DNA of 64,000 bases, from assembly GCA_963665325.3 (NCBI GenBank), contig CAXXWS020000002.1, positions 320,001 to 384,000 on the forward strand. The letters run 5' to 3'. The translations under genes and the position numbers were made by a program. The stretch's first letter is position 1; every line of letters starts with the position of its first letter. The notes below the pieces were generated by a model. It saw nothing but the letters and a program-made list of their open reading frames with translations, had not been told where the DNA came from and searched no databases. Shown here piece by piece: positions 32,959 to 41,940 of this stretch. This DNA comes from Alphaproteobacteria bacterium. Its GTDB lineage: Bacteria; Pseudomonadota; Alphaproteobacteria; Bin95.

Positions 32959-33439
32959 GGTCCGCGAGATCGAGGGCCTTCGCCTGACCGTATTGCGGGG
33001 CGGCGGCGCCGGATTTCATGCTGCCGTCGCCGGCGTGGTCGGCTTCGAGCTGCCCGAAACGCCCAATACGGCGGCAGGCGGGGCCTTGTGGCTGGGACCC
33101 GACGAGTGGCTGGTCGTATCCGGCGCGGACATTGCCGGCCCCCTGGAAGAAGCCCTTGCTGGACAGCACTTCGCTGTCGTCGATGTGAGCGAGGCGCGCG
33201 CGGTCCTGGAGCTGTCCGGCCCCGGCGCGATGGAAGTCCTGGCTTCCGGCTGCCGGCTCGACCTCGAAACGCTTCGGCCCGGCTCCTGCGCGCAAACGGC
33301 GCTGGCGCGCGCCAATGCGGTGCTGGAACCCCGCGAGCGCGGCGTCTGGCGCCTCTTCGTCAGCCGGTCCTACGCCGTCTATATGCGGGCGTGGATCGAG
33401 GATGCGATTGCGTTGCGGTCTATCCCCGCGTCTCCCTGA
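32951..33439 (+). CDS. soxG: Sarcosine oxidase subunit gamma
   Basis: LWLGPDEWL, VVDVS; last gene of soxBDAG. Confidence 0.92.
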   Translation: MAEVREIEGLRLTVLRGGGAGFHAAVAGVVGFELPETPNTAAGGALWLGPDEWLVVSGADIAGPLEEALAGQHFAVVDVSEARAVLELSGPGAMEVLASGCRLDLETLRPGSCAQTALARANAVLEPRERGVWRLFVSRSYAVYMRAWIEDAIALRSIPASP

Positions 33440-34631
33440 TCCAGCCGTTCTCGAAGACCGGCCCGTCGCAGCCGCAGAAGCGGGCGATGCGGTCGAGTTC
33501 GCTTCCGATGCGCCCCAGCCGTCCCTTGCCGAGGCGCACCCCTGCCTCCGGCCAAAGCGCCGTGACGCGCAATTGTCCGTTCCGGCGCCGCATGTCGATG
33601 CGGCCGATAAGCCGGTCGCCCTCCAGCAGCGGGAAGACGTAGTAGCCGTATTCGCGGTTCTTCTCCGGCACGAAGATTTCGATGCGGTAGCGAAACCCGA
33701 ACAGCCACTCCGCCCGCTTGCGGTCGCGCAGCAGGGGGTCGAAGGGGCTCAGCACGCGCACGCCCCCCGGCTGGTCGGAGGCCCGTTCCGCCTGTTCGCA
33801 TATGTCCGGCCGGGCGAGCAGCCGGCGGGTCCGGCCCGGCCCGGCGCCTTCCACCTCGACCTCGACGAGCGCGCCGGGCCCTTGCGCGGCGCACCATGCG
33901 TCCGCCTCCGACGGCGAGGCCGTGTCCCAGAACGCCGCTATTTCCCGGGGCGAGGCGAATCCCAGCCGGTCGAGCGCGCCGGCGCATGCCCAGTCGAGCG
34001 TTTCCTCATCGCCCGGCGCCATGCTTCGGTAGGCGTCGGGCACCACCTGTTCGGCAAGGTCAAAGACTTTCTGAAACCGTTCGCGGCGCGTTATCGCCAG
34101 AGAACCGGTACGCCAGAGAAACTCCAGCGCCGTCTTGGAGGGGTGCCAGTCCCACCAGCCAGGCGCCGTCGGGCGGGCGCCGTCCCGGAGTTCGCGGGCC
34201 ATGACGGGCCCGTGCTCCCGAATCCGTTCGAGCACATCGTCGAACCGCTCCTCGAACCCCGCGCGCCGCCAGCTGCGCCAGCGCGCCCGCAACAATTCGG
34301 CGTCGCGGCGGAAGCGAAGCTGCCAGAAGGGATAGAACGACATCGGAATGACCGAGGCATCGTGCGTCCAGTGCTCGAACAGGGTCCGCCGTTTCTCCAG
34401 GAGGTCGGCAAGCTGGCCCGGACGGTAACTCCGGCGCCGGGAAGCCAGGATCATGTGGTGGGCGCGCTCCACCGTGGCAATGCTGTCCACCTGGACGAAG
34501 CCGAGGCGCTCGATCAGCCCGCCCAGGTCCTCCTGCGGCGGCGGGCGTCCGAGCCCGTGCCGGTCCAGGAACAGCCTCCGTGCCGCCCGGTTGGAGAGGC
34601 GGAGCGGCGCGCTGCCGGTGTCGTTACCCAT
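33420..34631 (-). CDS. YcaQ/AlkZ-family winged-helix DNA crosslink-repair glycosylase
   Basis: VQVDSI, FEHWTHDA, LSPFDP, YRIEIFVP..R.YGYYV. Confidence 0.9.
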   Translation of the reverse strand: MGNDTGSAPLRLSNRAARRLFLDRHGLGRPPPQEDLGGLIERLGFVQVDSIATVERAHHMILASRRRSYRPGQLADLLEKRRTLFEHWTHDASVIPMSFYPFWQLRFRRDAELLRARWRSWRRAGFEERFDDVLERIREHGPVMARELRDGARPTAPGWWDWHPSKTALEFLWRTGSLAITRRERFQKVFDLAEQVVPDAYRSMAPGDEETLDWACAGALDRLGFASPREIAAFWDTASPSEADAWCAAQGPGALVEVEVEGAGPGRTRRLLARPDICEQAERASDQPGGVRVLSPFDPLLRDRKRAEWLFGFRYRIEIFVPEKNREYGYYVFPLLEGDRLIGRIDMRRRNGQLRVTALWPEAGVRLGKGRLGRIGSELDRIARFCGCDGPVFENGWIRETRG

Positions 34632-34844
34632 CTGTCCGGTCCCCTACGCAGAAAAGGCGGCCCGGGAAGCCGCCTCTCCTCTACTTCCAACATACCACGC
34701 CTTCGCCCATGTCGCGTCCCCGGCAGGCCGCAACCGACGCAGGGAATCCGCCCGGACGCCGTACCGCCGTGAGTTCTCCTCACTTGTTGGCTGCGAGGAC
34801 GGAGCCTAGATTGATCCGTTCCGGGACGAAAGGAGAGGCGCGCC

Positions 34845-35582
34845 ATGCCGGTCGCCATCGTTACCGGCGCCGGAACGGGCGTCGGGCAAGCCGCTGCCGA
34901 AGCCCTGCTGGGCGCAGGCTATGAGGTGGCACTCGCCGGGCGGCGAACGGAGCCGCTGGAAGAGGTCGCCGCGCGCTGGCCGGAGAGCACGCTGGTGCGA
35001 TCGACCGATGTCGGCGACGAGGCCCAGGTAAAGGCGCTGTTCGATGCGACGGTCGCCCGGTTCGGCCGTATCGATCTCCTGTTTAACAATGCAGGCTCGG
35101 GCGCGCCTCCTGTGCCGCTGGAGGAGTTGACGCTCGCGCAGTGGCAGGCGGTGGTCGATGCCAATCTCACCGGTAGCTTCCTGTGCACGAGAGAGGCCTT
35201 CCGTGCGATGAAGGCGCAGGACCCGTCCGGCGGGCGGATCATCAATAACGGGTCGATCTCGGCCCATGTGCCGCGCCCCAACTCGGCGCCCTATACTTCG
35301 ACCAAACACGGTGTCACCGGGCTCACCCGCTCCACCATCCTCGACGGGCGCGCGCACGGCATTACCTGCGGGCAGATCGACATCGGCAATGCCGAGACCC
35401 CGATGACGCAGCGCATGAAAAAGGGCGTGCTGCAGCCCGACGGTTCCACGAAGGTCGAGCCCGTGATGGATGTGCGCCATGTCGCCGACGCCGTGCTCTA
35501 CATGGCCGGCCTGTCGCCGGACGCCAACGTGCCGTTCCTGACCGTAATGGCGAACGGCATGCCCTTTATCGGACGCGGCTAG
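34845..35582 (+). CDS. SDR family oxidoreductase
   Basis: [17 protein letters not shown]. Confidence 0.93.
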   Translation: MPVAIVTGAGTGVGQAAAEALLGAGYEVALAGRRTEPLEEVAARWPESTLVRSTDVGDEAQVKALFDATVARFGRIDLLFNNAGSGAPPVPLEELTLAQWQAVVDANLTGSFLCTREAFRAMKAQDPSGGRIINNGSISAHVPRPNSAPYTSTKHGVTGLTRSTILDGRAHGITCGQIDIGNAETPMTQRMKKGVLQPDGSTKVEPVMDVRHVADAVLYMAGLSPDANVPFLTVMANGMPFIGRG

Positions 35583-35611
35583 GGCGCTCGCAGCAGCAAC
35601 CGGAGTCGAAC

Positions 35612-36133
35612 ATGATCAGGCGGTGCAAGGCGGACGATTTCGACCGGATTCTCGCGATTATCAACGACGCCGCACAAGCCTATCGCGGCATCATTCCGGA
35701 CGATCGCTGGAAGGACCCGTACATGCCCGCCCGGGAGTTGGCCGACGAGATCGCGGCCGGCATCGAGTTCGACGGATACGAGGCGGAAGGGTCCGGGCTT
35801 GTCGGGGTGATGGGCATCCAGCCCGTCGAGGATGTGACGCTGATCCGCCATGCCTATGTGGCGACGGACCATCGGCGGTCCGGAATCGGATCGGCGCTGC
35901 TCGAAAGCTTGCTAGCGCGCCAGGACCGTCCGGTCCTGATCGGCACCTGGGCTGCCGCCGAATGGGCGATTGCTTTCTATCGCCGGTATGGGTTCGAAAC
36001 GGTTCCGGCGCCGGAAAAGTCGAGGCTGCTGCGACGCTACTGGACCGTTCCCGACCGCCAGATCGAGACCTCGGTAGTCCTCGCGGATGCCCGTTGGAGC
36101 GCCCGGGCGGCGGGTGAGCCAGACCGGAAGTAG
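35612..36133 (+). CDS. GNAT family N-acetyltransferase
   Basis: RRSGIGSALL acetyl-CoA motif, AIAFYRRYGF. Confidence 0.92.
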   Translation: MIRRCKADDFDRILAIINDAAQAYRGIIPDDRWKDPYMPARELADEIAAGIEFDGYEAEGSGLVGVMGIQPVEDVTLIRHAYVATDHRRSGIGSALLESLLARQDRPVLIGTWAAAEWAIAFYRRYGFETVPAPEKSRLLRRYWTVPDRQIETSVVLADARWSARAAGEPDRK

Positions 36134-36139
36134 GCTGCG

Positions 36140-36763
36140 ATGGATGCGCGCCGCGCCGCCGCCGTTACCATCGCGGAATACGACCGCATAGCAGAGGCCT
36201 ACCGTCGCGGCACTGCCGATCACGACGTCAGCCAGAACATCGAGGCCCTGCTTGCGTCGATGGAGGGCGGGCCGCCCCATGTCATTCTCGACCTGGGATG
36301 CGGGCCCGGCCGGGACCTGCGCCGGTTCACCGCGCTCGGCCATGAGGCTGTCGGCCTCGACGGCTCGGGCGCGTTCGTCGCCATGGCGCGCGCCGGGACG
36401 GGTTGCGAGGTGCTGCATCAGGACTTCCTTGCGCTCGACCTGCCGCCGGCCCGCTTCGACGGGGTGTTCGCGAACGCCTCGCTGTTCCATGTGCCGGGCA
36501 GCCAGATTGCCCGAGTGCTCCGGGACCTCGCAGCAACCCTCAAGCCCGGCGGCGTGCTTTTCTGCTCGAACCCGCGGGGCCGCAACGAGGAAGGCTGGGT
36601 CGGCGGGCGTTTCGGCTGCTTCCACGAGCTCGAAACGTGGCGTGCCTATGTCGAGGCTGCCGGCTTTCGGGAACTGGACCGCTATTACCGTCCGTCGGGC
36701 CGCCCGCGGGCGCAGCAGCCCTGGCTCGCCACGGTCTGGCGGAAATGCCCGCGACTCCGGTGA
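36140..36763 (+). CDS. Class I SAM-dependent methyltransferase
   Basis: ILDLGCGPGRD, ANASLFH, LKPGG. Confidence 0.92.
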   Translation: MDARRAAAVTIAEYDRIAEAYRRGTADHDVSQNIEALLASMEGGPPHVILDLGCGPGRDLRRFTALGHEAVGLDGSGAFVAMARAGTGCEVLHQDFLALDLPPARFDGVFANASLFHVPGSQIARVLRDLAATLKPGGVLFCSNPRGRNEEGWVGGRFGCFHELETWRAYVEAAGFRELDRYYRPSGRPRAQQPWLATVWRKCPRLR

Positions 36764-36773
36764 GAAATGCGGT

Positions 36774-37142
36774 TCAGCCGTCCCGTTCGAACATGCCGAG
36801 ATTGAGATCGAGGCCTGTGCCGAGCCAGAGGGCGCGGTCGCGGTGGTCCAGCAGGTCGTCGCCTGCATTGGGGTGGACGAGCACGACGAGCCCGTCCCGC
36901 TCCAGCGCGAGCCAGGGCACGAGGTCCGGGAACGCTTCCGGCTGGAAGGCGATCTGGAAACTCCACATGGGATGCGGGCCGACCGGGCGCTCGTGGAAGC
37001 GTCCGACCGTCACCCGCTCGCCGAACGCCTCGCCGACGCGCTGCTTCAGGTCCCAGGCGCGCGTCTTGGTCGCCTGGTCGAAATAGACATGGGCGTGCCA
37101 GCTCTCGATGGCCGCGAGGCCTTCCTGCGGGGTTGCGCTCAC
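36774..37142 (-). CDS. DOPA 4,5-dioxygenase family protein
   Basis: WHAHVYF, VGPHP, VLVHPN, DH. Confidence 0.9.
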   Translation of the reverse strand: MSATPQEGLAAIESWHAHVYFDQATKTRAWDLKQRVGEAFGERVTVGRFHERPVGPHPMWSFQIAFQPEAFPDLVPWLALERDGLVVLVHPNAGDDLLDHRDRALWLGTGLDLNLGMFERDG

Positions 37143-38059
37143 GCCTTGCCCAGATAGATATCGACGATCCGGCCGAGCAGCGACAGCGCATCCTCGCGCG
37201 GGCGCTGGAAGGCGTTGCGTCCGACGATGGAGCCGGTGGCGCCGCCGTCCCGCAACTGCCGGATCTCGTTCAGCAGGCCTTCCGTGTCGCGCGCCTCGCC
37301 GCCCGAGAAGACCACCATGCGCCGCCCGTTGAAACAGGACTGCACGACATGCGCCGTGCGCTCGGCAAGCGTGGCCGCGGGAATCTCGCGCTCCCGATAG
37401 ACCTTGGCCGCCGCATCCAGTTCGAGCGCTTCGGCCGGCGGCTTGACCTTGACGATGTGTGCGCCGAGCAGGCACGCCATGTGCGCGGCATAGGCGCAGA
37501 TATCCACTGCCGTCTCGCCTGCCTTGGAGAGGTCGCCGCCGCGCGGATAGCTCCACATCACCACCGCCAGGCCCGACGCCTTCGCTTCCCTGGCCAGCTC
37601 GCGGATCTCTTCCATCATCTCGAACTGGTCGTCCGAGGCCGGGTAGATCGTGAAGCCGATGGCCGAGCAGCCGAGCCGGAGCGCATCGCCGACCGACGCG
37701 GTAACCGCCTGGTCCTTGAGGCGCGAGAGGCTGTTGGCGCTGTTCATCTTCAGGATGGTCGGGATCTGGCCGGCGTAGCTGTCGGCCCCGGCCTCGATCA
37801 TGCCGAGCGGCGCGGCATAGGCGGACAGTCCGGCCTCGAGCGCGAGATCGAAATGGTAGTGCGGGTCGTAGGCGGGCGGGTTGGGCGCGAAGCTGCGCGC
37901 GGGTCCGTGCTCGAAGCCCTGGTCCACCGGCAGGATGACCAGCCTGCCCGAGCCGCCGAGCCGGCCCTGCATCAGGATTCGCGCCAGGTTCGCCTTGACG
38001 CCGGGGTTCTCGCTCTCATAGCCGGAGAGGATGGTCCTGACGGTGTCTGTGACGCGCAT
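37139..38059 (-). CDS. fbaB: Class I fructose-bisphosphate aldolase
   Basis: LPVDQGFEHGP, WSYPRG, IVKVK, GRNAFQR. Confidence 0.95.
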   Translation of the reverse strand: MRVTDTVRTILSGYESENPGVKANLARILMQGRLGGSGRLVILPVDQGFEHGPARSFAPNPPAYDPHYHFDLALEAGLSAYAAPLGMIEAGADSYAGQIPTILKMNSANSLSRLKDQAVTASVGDALRLGCSAIGFTIYPASDDQFEMMEEIRELAREAKASGLAVVMWSYPRGGDLSKAGETAVDICAYAAHMACLLGAHIVKVKPPAEALELDAAAKVYREREIPAATLAERTAHVVQSCFNGRRMVVFSGGEARDTEGLLNEIRQLRDGGATGSIVGRNAFQRPREDALSLLGRIVDIYLGKA

Positions 38060-38120
38060 GGGGCGGGCTCCCGGTTCGGCAAGATGGCACGGGTTCGATT
38101 ACGCCGCCCGGCAGGCGATT

Positions 38121-38786
38121 TCAAGACCCGCGGGCGGGACGCCGGAACGCCATTTCCTGCTCGGCGAGGTCGGTCGTGCTGCCGGTCCAGGCATAGACCA
38201 GAAGCGTCGGCTCCAACGCGCATGTGGTGATCTTGTGGTCGAATTCCGGCGTATTCAGGATCAACGAGCCCGGCGTATAGACCGCCACATCGTTCTGCGA
38301 CATGGCGCCGGAGATGCAGATATAGCTTTCCGTCACGCCCCGGTGCGCATGGCTCGGATAGATCGTGCGCGGCGCGAACAGCACGCAGCCGAGCACCAGG
38401 TCGTCGGCCATCACCGGTCCCATCGGTCCCATGAACTCCGCATAGGCGTATTTCTCGCCGAGCTTGCCCGGCATGACGCGGTAGCCGTATCGCCAGACAA
38501 GCTCTCGCGAGACCATCTCGACGCTGCGCACGAGGGCCGAAGGACCGAACCGCTTGCCGTTGTCGAGCGCCCGGCCGAGATGGGCGCAGACCGGCTTCGT
38601 CCGCGGCCGCCGTTCGAGCAGGAACGGGTTCTGCCCCATTGCCCGGTTGAGCCGTTGGCGCACCAGCCGGTGATGCGAGCGGATCGGCCGGCTGCCGCCC
38701 GACGAGCTGTGCCGATAGACCCAGTAGATTTCGTTCAGCAGGTAGCGCCAGTCGGGGCGCTCGTCGAGCGTTGGCGCAAGGGCCAT
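38121..38786 (-). CDS. dddL: DMSP lyase DddL (cupin)
   Basis: PDWRYLL..YR.SS.GGS..IRSH, KPVCAHL.RALD.G, GP.GP, LFAP.T.YP.H.H....ESY, PGSLILN....H.IT, as in DddL. Confidence 0.85.
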   Translation of the reverse strand: MALAPTLDERPDWRYLLNEIYWVYRHSSSGGSRPIRSHHRLVRQRLNRAMGQNPFLLERRPRTKPVCAHLGRALDNGKRFGPSALVRSVEMVSRELVWRYGYRVMPGKLGEKYAYAEFMGPMGPVMADDLVLGCVLFAPRTIYPSHAHRGVTESYICISGAMSQNDVAVYTPGSLILNTPEFDHKITTCALEPTLLVYAWTGSTTDLAEQEMAFRRPARGS

Positions 38787-38868
38787 GCCAGTCTCCCCGT
38801 TGCATTTCCGAGAAGCCGTGCCGCCAGCATATACACTTGTATCCTGTCGAATTGCCACCGGCGCGGCA

Positions 38869-38956
38869 GTGGCGGCGTCCTTTGATACGCCTCCCTCCGG
38901 TCGGCTACTCAGGATGAGGGGAGGAGGCGCACGCGGTCGGCTACTTAGAATGAGGG
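38869..38956. repeat. Repeat B plus about 1.6 units of the 36-bp repeat, left of the GIY-YIG gene
   Basis: 38869-38942 equals 39507-39580 with 1 mismatch in 74 bp. Confidence 0.93.
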
Positions 38957-39024
38957 AGGGTGACGCACGATTGGATGGCCTTCGTCTCCCCCTTCGTCAC
39001 GCGCAGCGCGGCAAGCCTTTCTGC

Positions 39025-39065
39025 CCCCCTCATCCCGAGTAGCGGCGCCAGCCGCGTATCGAGGG
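39025..39065. repeat. Palindromic repeat A, left copy
   Basis: CCCCCTCATCCCGAGTAGCGGCGCCAGCCGCGTATCGAGGG, identical to 39455-39495. Confidence 0.95.
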
Positions 39066-39106
39066 GGCGGCGTTCCGGCTTTGGACTTCCGTGTTATACC
39101 GCCGAC

Positions 39107-39472
39107 ATGCCGCACGAGCCGCCGACCTACGTTTACATGCTGCACTGCGCGGACGGTAGCTTCTACACGGGGACGACGCGGCGGCCCTTGGAGGAGCGTG
39201 TGCGCGAACATGAGAACGGGGCGGTCGAGGGCTATACGCGGAGCCGCCGTCCGGTCGAGCTGGTGTGGTCCCAGGAGTTTCAGTGGGCGGCCGATGCGGT
39301 CGCGATGGAACGGCGGGTCAAGGGCTGGTCGCGGCGCAAGAAGCGCGCACTGGCTGCGGGGGACTGGGAGGCGCTGAAACGGGCCGCGAAGAAGAATTTC
39401 GAGGGCGCCCGGCATCGGTCTTCCTCCCCTCGTCCTGAACGGCGCCAACCGTCGCCCCCTCATCCCGAGTAG
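39107..39472 (+). CDS. Stand-alone GIY-YIG nuclease (YhbQ/UPF0213-like)
   Basis: YVYML..ADGSFYTG, R..EH, YT..RRPV.L, A...ERRVKGWSRRKK; stop codon lies inside repeat A. Confidence 0.92.
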   Translation: MPHEPPTYVYMLHCADGSFYTGTTRRPLEERVREHENGAVEGYTRSRRPVELVWSQEFQWAADAVAMERRVKGWSRRKKRALAAGDWEALKRAAKKNFEGARHRSSSPRPERRQPSPPHPE

Positions 39473-39559
39473 CGGCGCCAGCCGCGTATCGAGGGACGGC
39501 GGGTATGTGGCGGCGTCCTTCGATACGCCTCCCTCCGGTCGGCTACTCAGGATGAGGGG
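39455..39559. repeat. Inverted A+B repeat doublet (REPIN-like cruciform)
   Basis: Outer stem CCCCTCATCCCGAGTAGC / GCTACTCAGGATGAGGGG; inner stem CGTATCGAGGGAC / GTCCTTCGATACG. Confidence 0.9.
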
Positions 39560-39700
39560 AGGAGGCGCACGCGGTCGGCTGCTCGGGATGAGGGGAGGAG
39601 GCGCACGCGGTCGGCTGCTCGGGATGAGGGGAGGAGGCGCACGCGGTCGGCTGCTCGGGATGAGGGGAGGAGGCGCATGCGGTCGGCTGCTCGGGATGAG
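39537..39700. repeat. 36-bp tandem array (4 full units + 20 bp)
   Basis: GGTCGGCTRCTCRGGATGAGGGGAGGAGGCGCAYGC at 39537, 39573, 39609, 39645; partial at 39681. Confidence 0.95.
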
Positions 39701-39726
39701 AAAAACGCGGCTGCCGGCCTTTCCCC

Positions 39727-40095
39727 TTATCCGGTTCCGCGGTTTCTTTTGACGCGCACCCCGCAGGCGCGGGCGATGTCCTGCAGGCGCCGGAAGCGGT
39801 CGTCGTCGGTTTCCACCGCCGCGTCCAGGCCGTGGCGGAAGGCGGCGAGCGCGAGGCCCGGCCGGTCGGCGCAGTCGAGGCGGCCGCGCAGGGTCTTTCC
39901 GGGAAACCGCTCCGCCGCGAGATCGAGGAGCTTGCGGAAGAAAAGCACTCCCAGGGTGAGCGCTCCGTCCGGCGGGCTGACAAGCAGCACACGGTCGGCC
40001 TCGCATTGCGCCAGCGCCGCCGAGACGGCTTCGAGCGAGGCTGCGTCGGCGATGACCGCCTCGGCGGCCTTGGTCTTGCGATCTTCCGGGGCCAT
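39727..40095 (-). CDS. Hypothetical protein (small Rhodospirillales-type family)
   Basis: LLVSPP.GA..LG..FF and LDCADRPGLALAA motifs; host-like codon usage. Confidence 0.7.
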   Translation of the reverse strand: MAPEDRKTKAAEAVIADAASLEAVSAALAQCEADRVLLVSPPDGALTLGVLFFRKLLDLAAERFPGKTLRGRLDCADRPGLALAAFRHGLDAAVETDDDRFRRLQDIARACGVRVKRNRGTG

Positions 40096-40131
40096 TATCG
40101 GCCCAGCATGGCATGGGGGGCGCGTCGGCGC

Positions 40132-41058
40132 ATGATCCTGATCTGCAAAACCGGCAGCGCCGGCGACGATGCGCTGTGGAAATCGGAATTGCGCCGGCTT
40201 GTGCCGGACCTCGAGATTCGCGTCTGGCCGGACATCGGCGACCCGGCCGAGGTGGAATTCGTCCTGCTGTTTGCGAGCGCGCCCGGCCTGTTCGACGGCA
40301 TGACCGGACTGCGGGCCGTGTTCTCCGCCGGCGCGGGTGTGGACGGCTTCCTCGCCGACCTGCCCGAAGGCGTTCGGGCCGCCCGCCTTGTCGATCCCTG
40401 GATGCATACCGCGATGGCCGCATGGGTGGTCCATGGAGTCCTGCATTTCGCCCGCAACATGCCGGCCTACGCGGCCCTGCAGGCGAGGGGCGTCTGGCGG
40501 GAGCTGTTCGAGGAATATTTCGAGCCGCGCCGCGTCGGCATCCTCGGCTGCGGGGAGATCGGGCGGCGTTCGGGCGGCATTCTCGCCGATCTGGGCTTTC
40601 GCGTCTCGGGCTGGACGCGCGGTCCCCGAGACCTCGGCGGGCTGGAGAACCCTCACGGAGCGCCGGGCCTGGACAGGATGCTGTCCGAAAGCGAGTTCCT
40701 CGTTTGCCTGCTGCCGCTCACGCCGGAGACCGACGGCCTGCTGGACGCGGAACGCCTCTTGCGGCTCCCCGAAGGCGCCTTCGTCGTTAACGCCTCGCGC
40801 GGCAGACTGATCGTGCAGCAGGACCTGCTGGCGGCGTTGGACGCCGGCCGGCTCGGCGGTGCCTTTCTCGATGTGGCGGACCCGGAACCTCTGCCGCCTG
40901 GCGATCCGCTCTGGCGTCATCCGAAGGTGTGCATCACGCCGCATGTCGCGGGCGTCACCAACCCCATAACCGGCGCCGCGCTGGTCGCGGAGAACATCCG
41001 CCGCGCGCGAGCCGGCGAACCCCTTACACACCCCGTCGACCGCAACCGAGGTTATTGA
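40132..41058 (+). CDS. ghrA: Glyoxylate/hydroxypyruvate reductase A-like 2-hydroxyacid dehydrogenase
   Basis: GAGVD, GILGCGEIG, LLPLTPET, NASRG, LDV...EPLP, TPHVA. Confidence 0.88.
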   Translation: MILICKTGSAGDDALWKSELRRLVPDLEIRVWPDIGDPAEVEFVLLFASAPGLFDGMTGLRAVFSAGAGVDGFLADLPEGVRAARLVDPWMHTAMAAWVVHGVLHFARNMPAYAALQARGVWRELFEEYFEPRRVGILGCGEIGRRSGGILADLGFRVSGWTRGPRDLGGLENPHGAPGLDRMLSESEFLVCLLPLTPETDGLLDAERLLRLPEGAFVVNASRGRLIVQQDLLAALDAGRLGGAFLDVADPEPLPPGDPLWRHPKVCITPHVAGVTNPITGAALVAENIRRARAGEPLTHPVDRNRGY

Positions 41059-41062
41059 ACTC

Positions 41063-41815
41063 ATGGGAAACTTTCAGGGAAAACGCGCACTGGTCACCGG
41101 CGCCGGCACCGGCATCGGCGCCCGGCTCGCGCTCGATCTTGCCGAGGCCGGTGCGGAGGTGGCCATCTGCGGCCGCCGCCGCGAACCGCTTGAGGAGACC
41201 GCCCGGCAGGCCGGCGGCGGCATCGCCGTGCATCCCGCGGACCTGACGGACCCGGACGAAGCCGTTCGCCTCGCCGAGGCGGTCGGGCCGGTCGATATCC
41301 TAATCAACAATGCGGGGTTCTCTTCCAGCATCCGCAGCACGCGCCATGTCGGGCCGGAGGAGTGGCGCGCGGTCATGGACGTAAACACGCTCGGTCCCGC
41401 CATGCTGACCCGCGCTCTCCTGCCGCCCATGATCGAGAAGGGAGCCGGCGATGTGGTGACCGTCTCGTCCATGGCGGCGCTCCGCCCCAGCATCATGGCC
41501 GGCGCCGCCTACAGCGCCGCCAAGGCCGCCGTTCGCGCATGGATGAACGTGCTGGCCGCGGAGGTCCAGCAGCACGGCATCCGGTGCATCACCGTGTTTC
41601 CGGGCGAGGTCGATACGCCGATCCTCGACAGGCGCGCATTGCCGCCGGACGCCGGCGCCCGCGCCACGATGATGATGCCGGAAGATATTTCGACGCCGAT
41701 CGTGATGGCGCTCGCGCTGCCGCAGAGGGCCACCGTGTCCGAGATCGCCATTATCGCGACGGAGTCCCGGGACCTCACCGAGGATGTCCGCGCCGCGATG
41801 GAAAAAACGGCCTGA
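41063..41815 (+). CDS. SDR family oxidoreductase
   Basis: TGAGTGIG, NNAG, YSAAK, PGEVDTP. Confidence 0.93.
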   Translation: MGNFQGKRALVTGAGTGIGARLALDLAEAGAEVAICGRRREPLEETARQAGGGIAVHPADLTDPDEAVRLAEAVGPVDILINNAGFSSSIRSTRHVGPEEWRAVMDVNTLGPAMLTRALLPPMIEKGAGDVVTVSSMAALRPSIMAGAAYSAAKAAVRAWMNVLAAEVQQHGIRCITVFPGEVDTPILDRRALPPDAGARATMMMPEDISTPIVMALALPQRATVSEIAIIATESRDLTEDVRAAMEKTA

Positions 41816-41940
41816 CCGGCTGCTGCCGCCGGTTTGGCGCGAGGGGATGCCGGCCCGGGAAGCGTGCGCTGCCCGGGATGAAGAGAAAGCCGGCGGCTGT
41901 CCTGCCGGTTTGACCGGACCGGATCGCGCTCCGACGCCCG

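Noticed and set aside
39537-39700. CRISPR array (36-bp period)
   Set aside because: Units are contiguous with no unique spacers, and there are no cas genes in the window.
39543-39726. Repeat proteins (PHPEQPTACASS or MRGGGARGRLLG units)
   Set aside because: These are translations of the 36-bp DNA tandem repeat, with no independent coding evidence.
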